Part shown: in pieces, positions 61,291 through 64,000 of the stretch
Layout: every line of letters starts with the position of its first letter
Numbering within the stretch: position 1 is the stretch's first letter
DNA from: the human T2T-CHM13v2.0 reference genome, Homo sapiens
DNA length: 64,000 bases
Reading direction: 5' to 3' (one strand)
NCBI RefSeq assembly: GCF_009914755.1
Contig: NC_060926.1
Notes under the pieces: generated by a model
What the model was told of the DNA's origin: nothing
Databases searched by the model: none
What the model saw: only the letters and a program-made list of their open reading frames with translations
Program-made: the position numbers and the translations under genes

Positions 61291-62166
61291 GGAATAAACT
61301 TTTATCACTTTTGTTGTTGAGAAAATGAACTTGAGGTTTCTTATTATGATGTATAATTTCCCCTGGGAAAATCGTTGATAGCTTGATAAAGACAGCCAAG
61401 AGTTTTGGAGAATGATTAAATACCACTCTTCACTTTTTTTTTCTTTTAACAAGGCTTTGAGGATCTCTTCTTCTGATGCTGAAAAACAGCAGCCAACTCA
61501 AGGGGGGAATAATATGAAAATATAAATACATATTTTAACATATTTAAGTATCAGATGTTGTGGAGTACTCAAAGAGTGTTTTTGCCCGGTTTTAACATAT
61601 GCACATCTGTATTTTTCTTTATAAAACAAATGTAGTGAAATAGTTTAATGCTGAATATTTTATTACCTTTTTCTACACACTCACCATCTTCAAAATCAAT
61701 CAACCTTCACTTCAGGCATACTGTATGTGGTCTTATACTAGAAAATACATAAATATATTGTTTAAAGGATTAAAAGAAATTAACCACATGCCATTTGTTT
61801 CACGAACCAAAGCTGAGTAGTTTATGTCTGTTTTATAGCGCATACACAATACTTGACCTCCCCCTCCCAGGACTTAGAACAATATGAACTCTGAAATAGA
61901 AAGTCTTCTCGGAAACTTTGGGAACATTGTGTCAGACGGAGAGATAGTGCTCAGATAAGAGCCAGTGGTAGTTGTAACTCAGTAATAATATCCATCATAT
62001 CATCTCGTGGATCAGTGGTTGTCTTAGTGGAAATCAGAAGATAATGCCAAAGAGACATTAAATGTTCAGAATGTCCTGCACTGTAGAGTATAACTTGCTA
62101 AATTTCACTTCTGTTTAAATCTCAATTACTGGAAGAAGCAGGTGGTGATAATTATCTTACTCCTTC

Positions 62167-62477
<311 letters not shown>

Positions 62478-62869
62478 ATCTTACTCCTTCTTGAAGTTTA
62501 AGCTATTTAACAATTAATTATTAATCAGGGTTAGAATCAAGTTAAATAATCTACTTCATTTAGATTTTTCCTTCTAAACCGAGTATAAATTCCCATTAGT
62601 ACTACTGTTATTAAATGGAACAATGACATTATGATCTATAGATACTTTCCTTTCTAGATAAACATATTGTAAATTCACTCCAGCATGTGAGCTATATGTT
62701 CTAAGTAAACAATGTGATTCTCCTATTTAGCAAAATATTTCATTCAGTGTATTGTCTTATCCTAACTCTGAGCTTTCCAATGTATATTTAGAAATGATAT
62801 TCCTTTGTGAAAGACTGTATTTCTCAGTGTGCATACCTGTTAGAAAAATCAAACATAGGGTGCAAGAAA

Positions 62870-63927
<1,058 letters not shown>

Positions 63928-64000
63928 AGAATTGACTATTTTTTGGTTATCACTTTTTCCTTTAGATAAATCTTAAAAAACTTCCCACAGCTGATGTAAT

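Overview
This is AT-rich human genomic DNA; a near-consensus AluYb8 indicates human rather than another primate. Well over half of the window is interspersed repeat. It holds nine L1 insertions or pieces of very different ages, including three near-full-length copies on the minus strand (L1MA, L1PA15/16, L1PA3/4). It also holds 12 Alus, six MaLR solo LTRs, an LTR33-like LTR, MER5/MER20 DNA transposon fossils, L2/MIR remnants and several micro- and minisatellites. I recognise no host protein-coding gene, rRNA, tRNA or CRISPR array. All long ORFs are L1 ORF1/ORF2 remnants or artefacts of Alu or low-complexity sequence. The region looks intronic or intergenic, with a few unverified exon-like and enhancer-like segments. 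The clearest finding is the L1PA3/4 at 30567-36200: its 5'UTR is joined exactly at the known L1 splice donor and acceptor, so it is a retrotransposed spliced L1 RNA (SpIRE97/622 type). Other notable structures are two twin-primed (5'-inverted) L1s, an L1PA16 segment that appears deleted from its donor and re-inserted 2 kb away, a probably recent AluYb8, and several template-switch scars. I found no convincing previously undescribed biological system. Subfamily calls are by eye from remembered consensus sequences and need RepeatMasker/Dfam confirmation.
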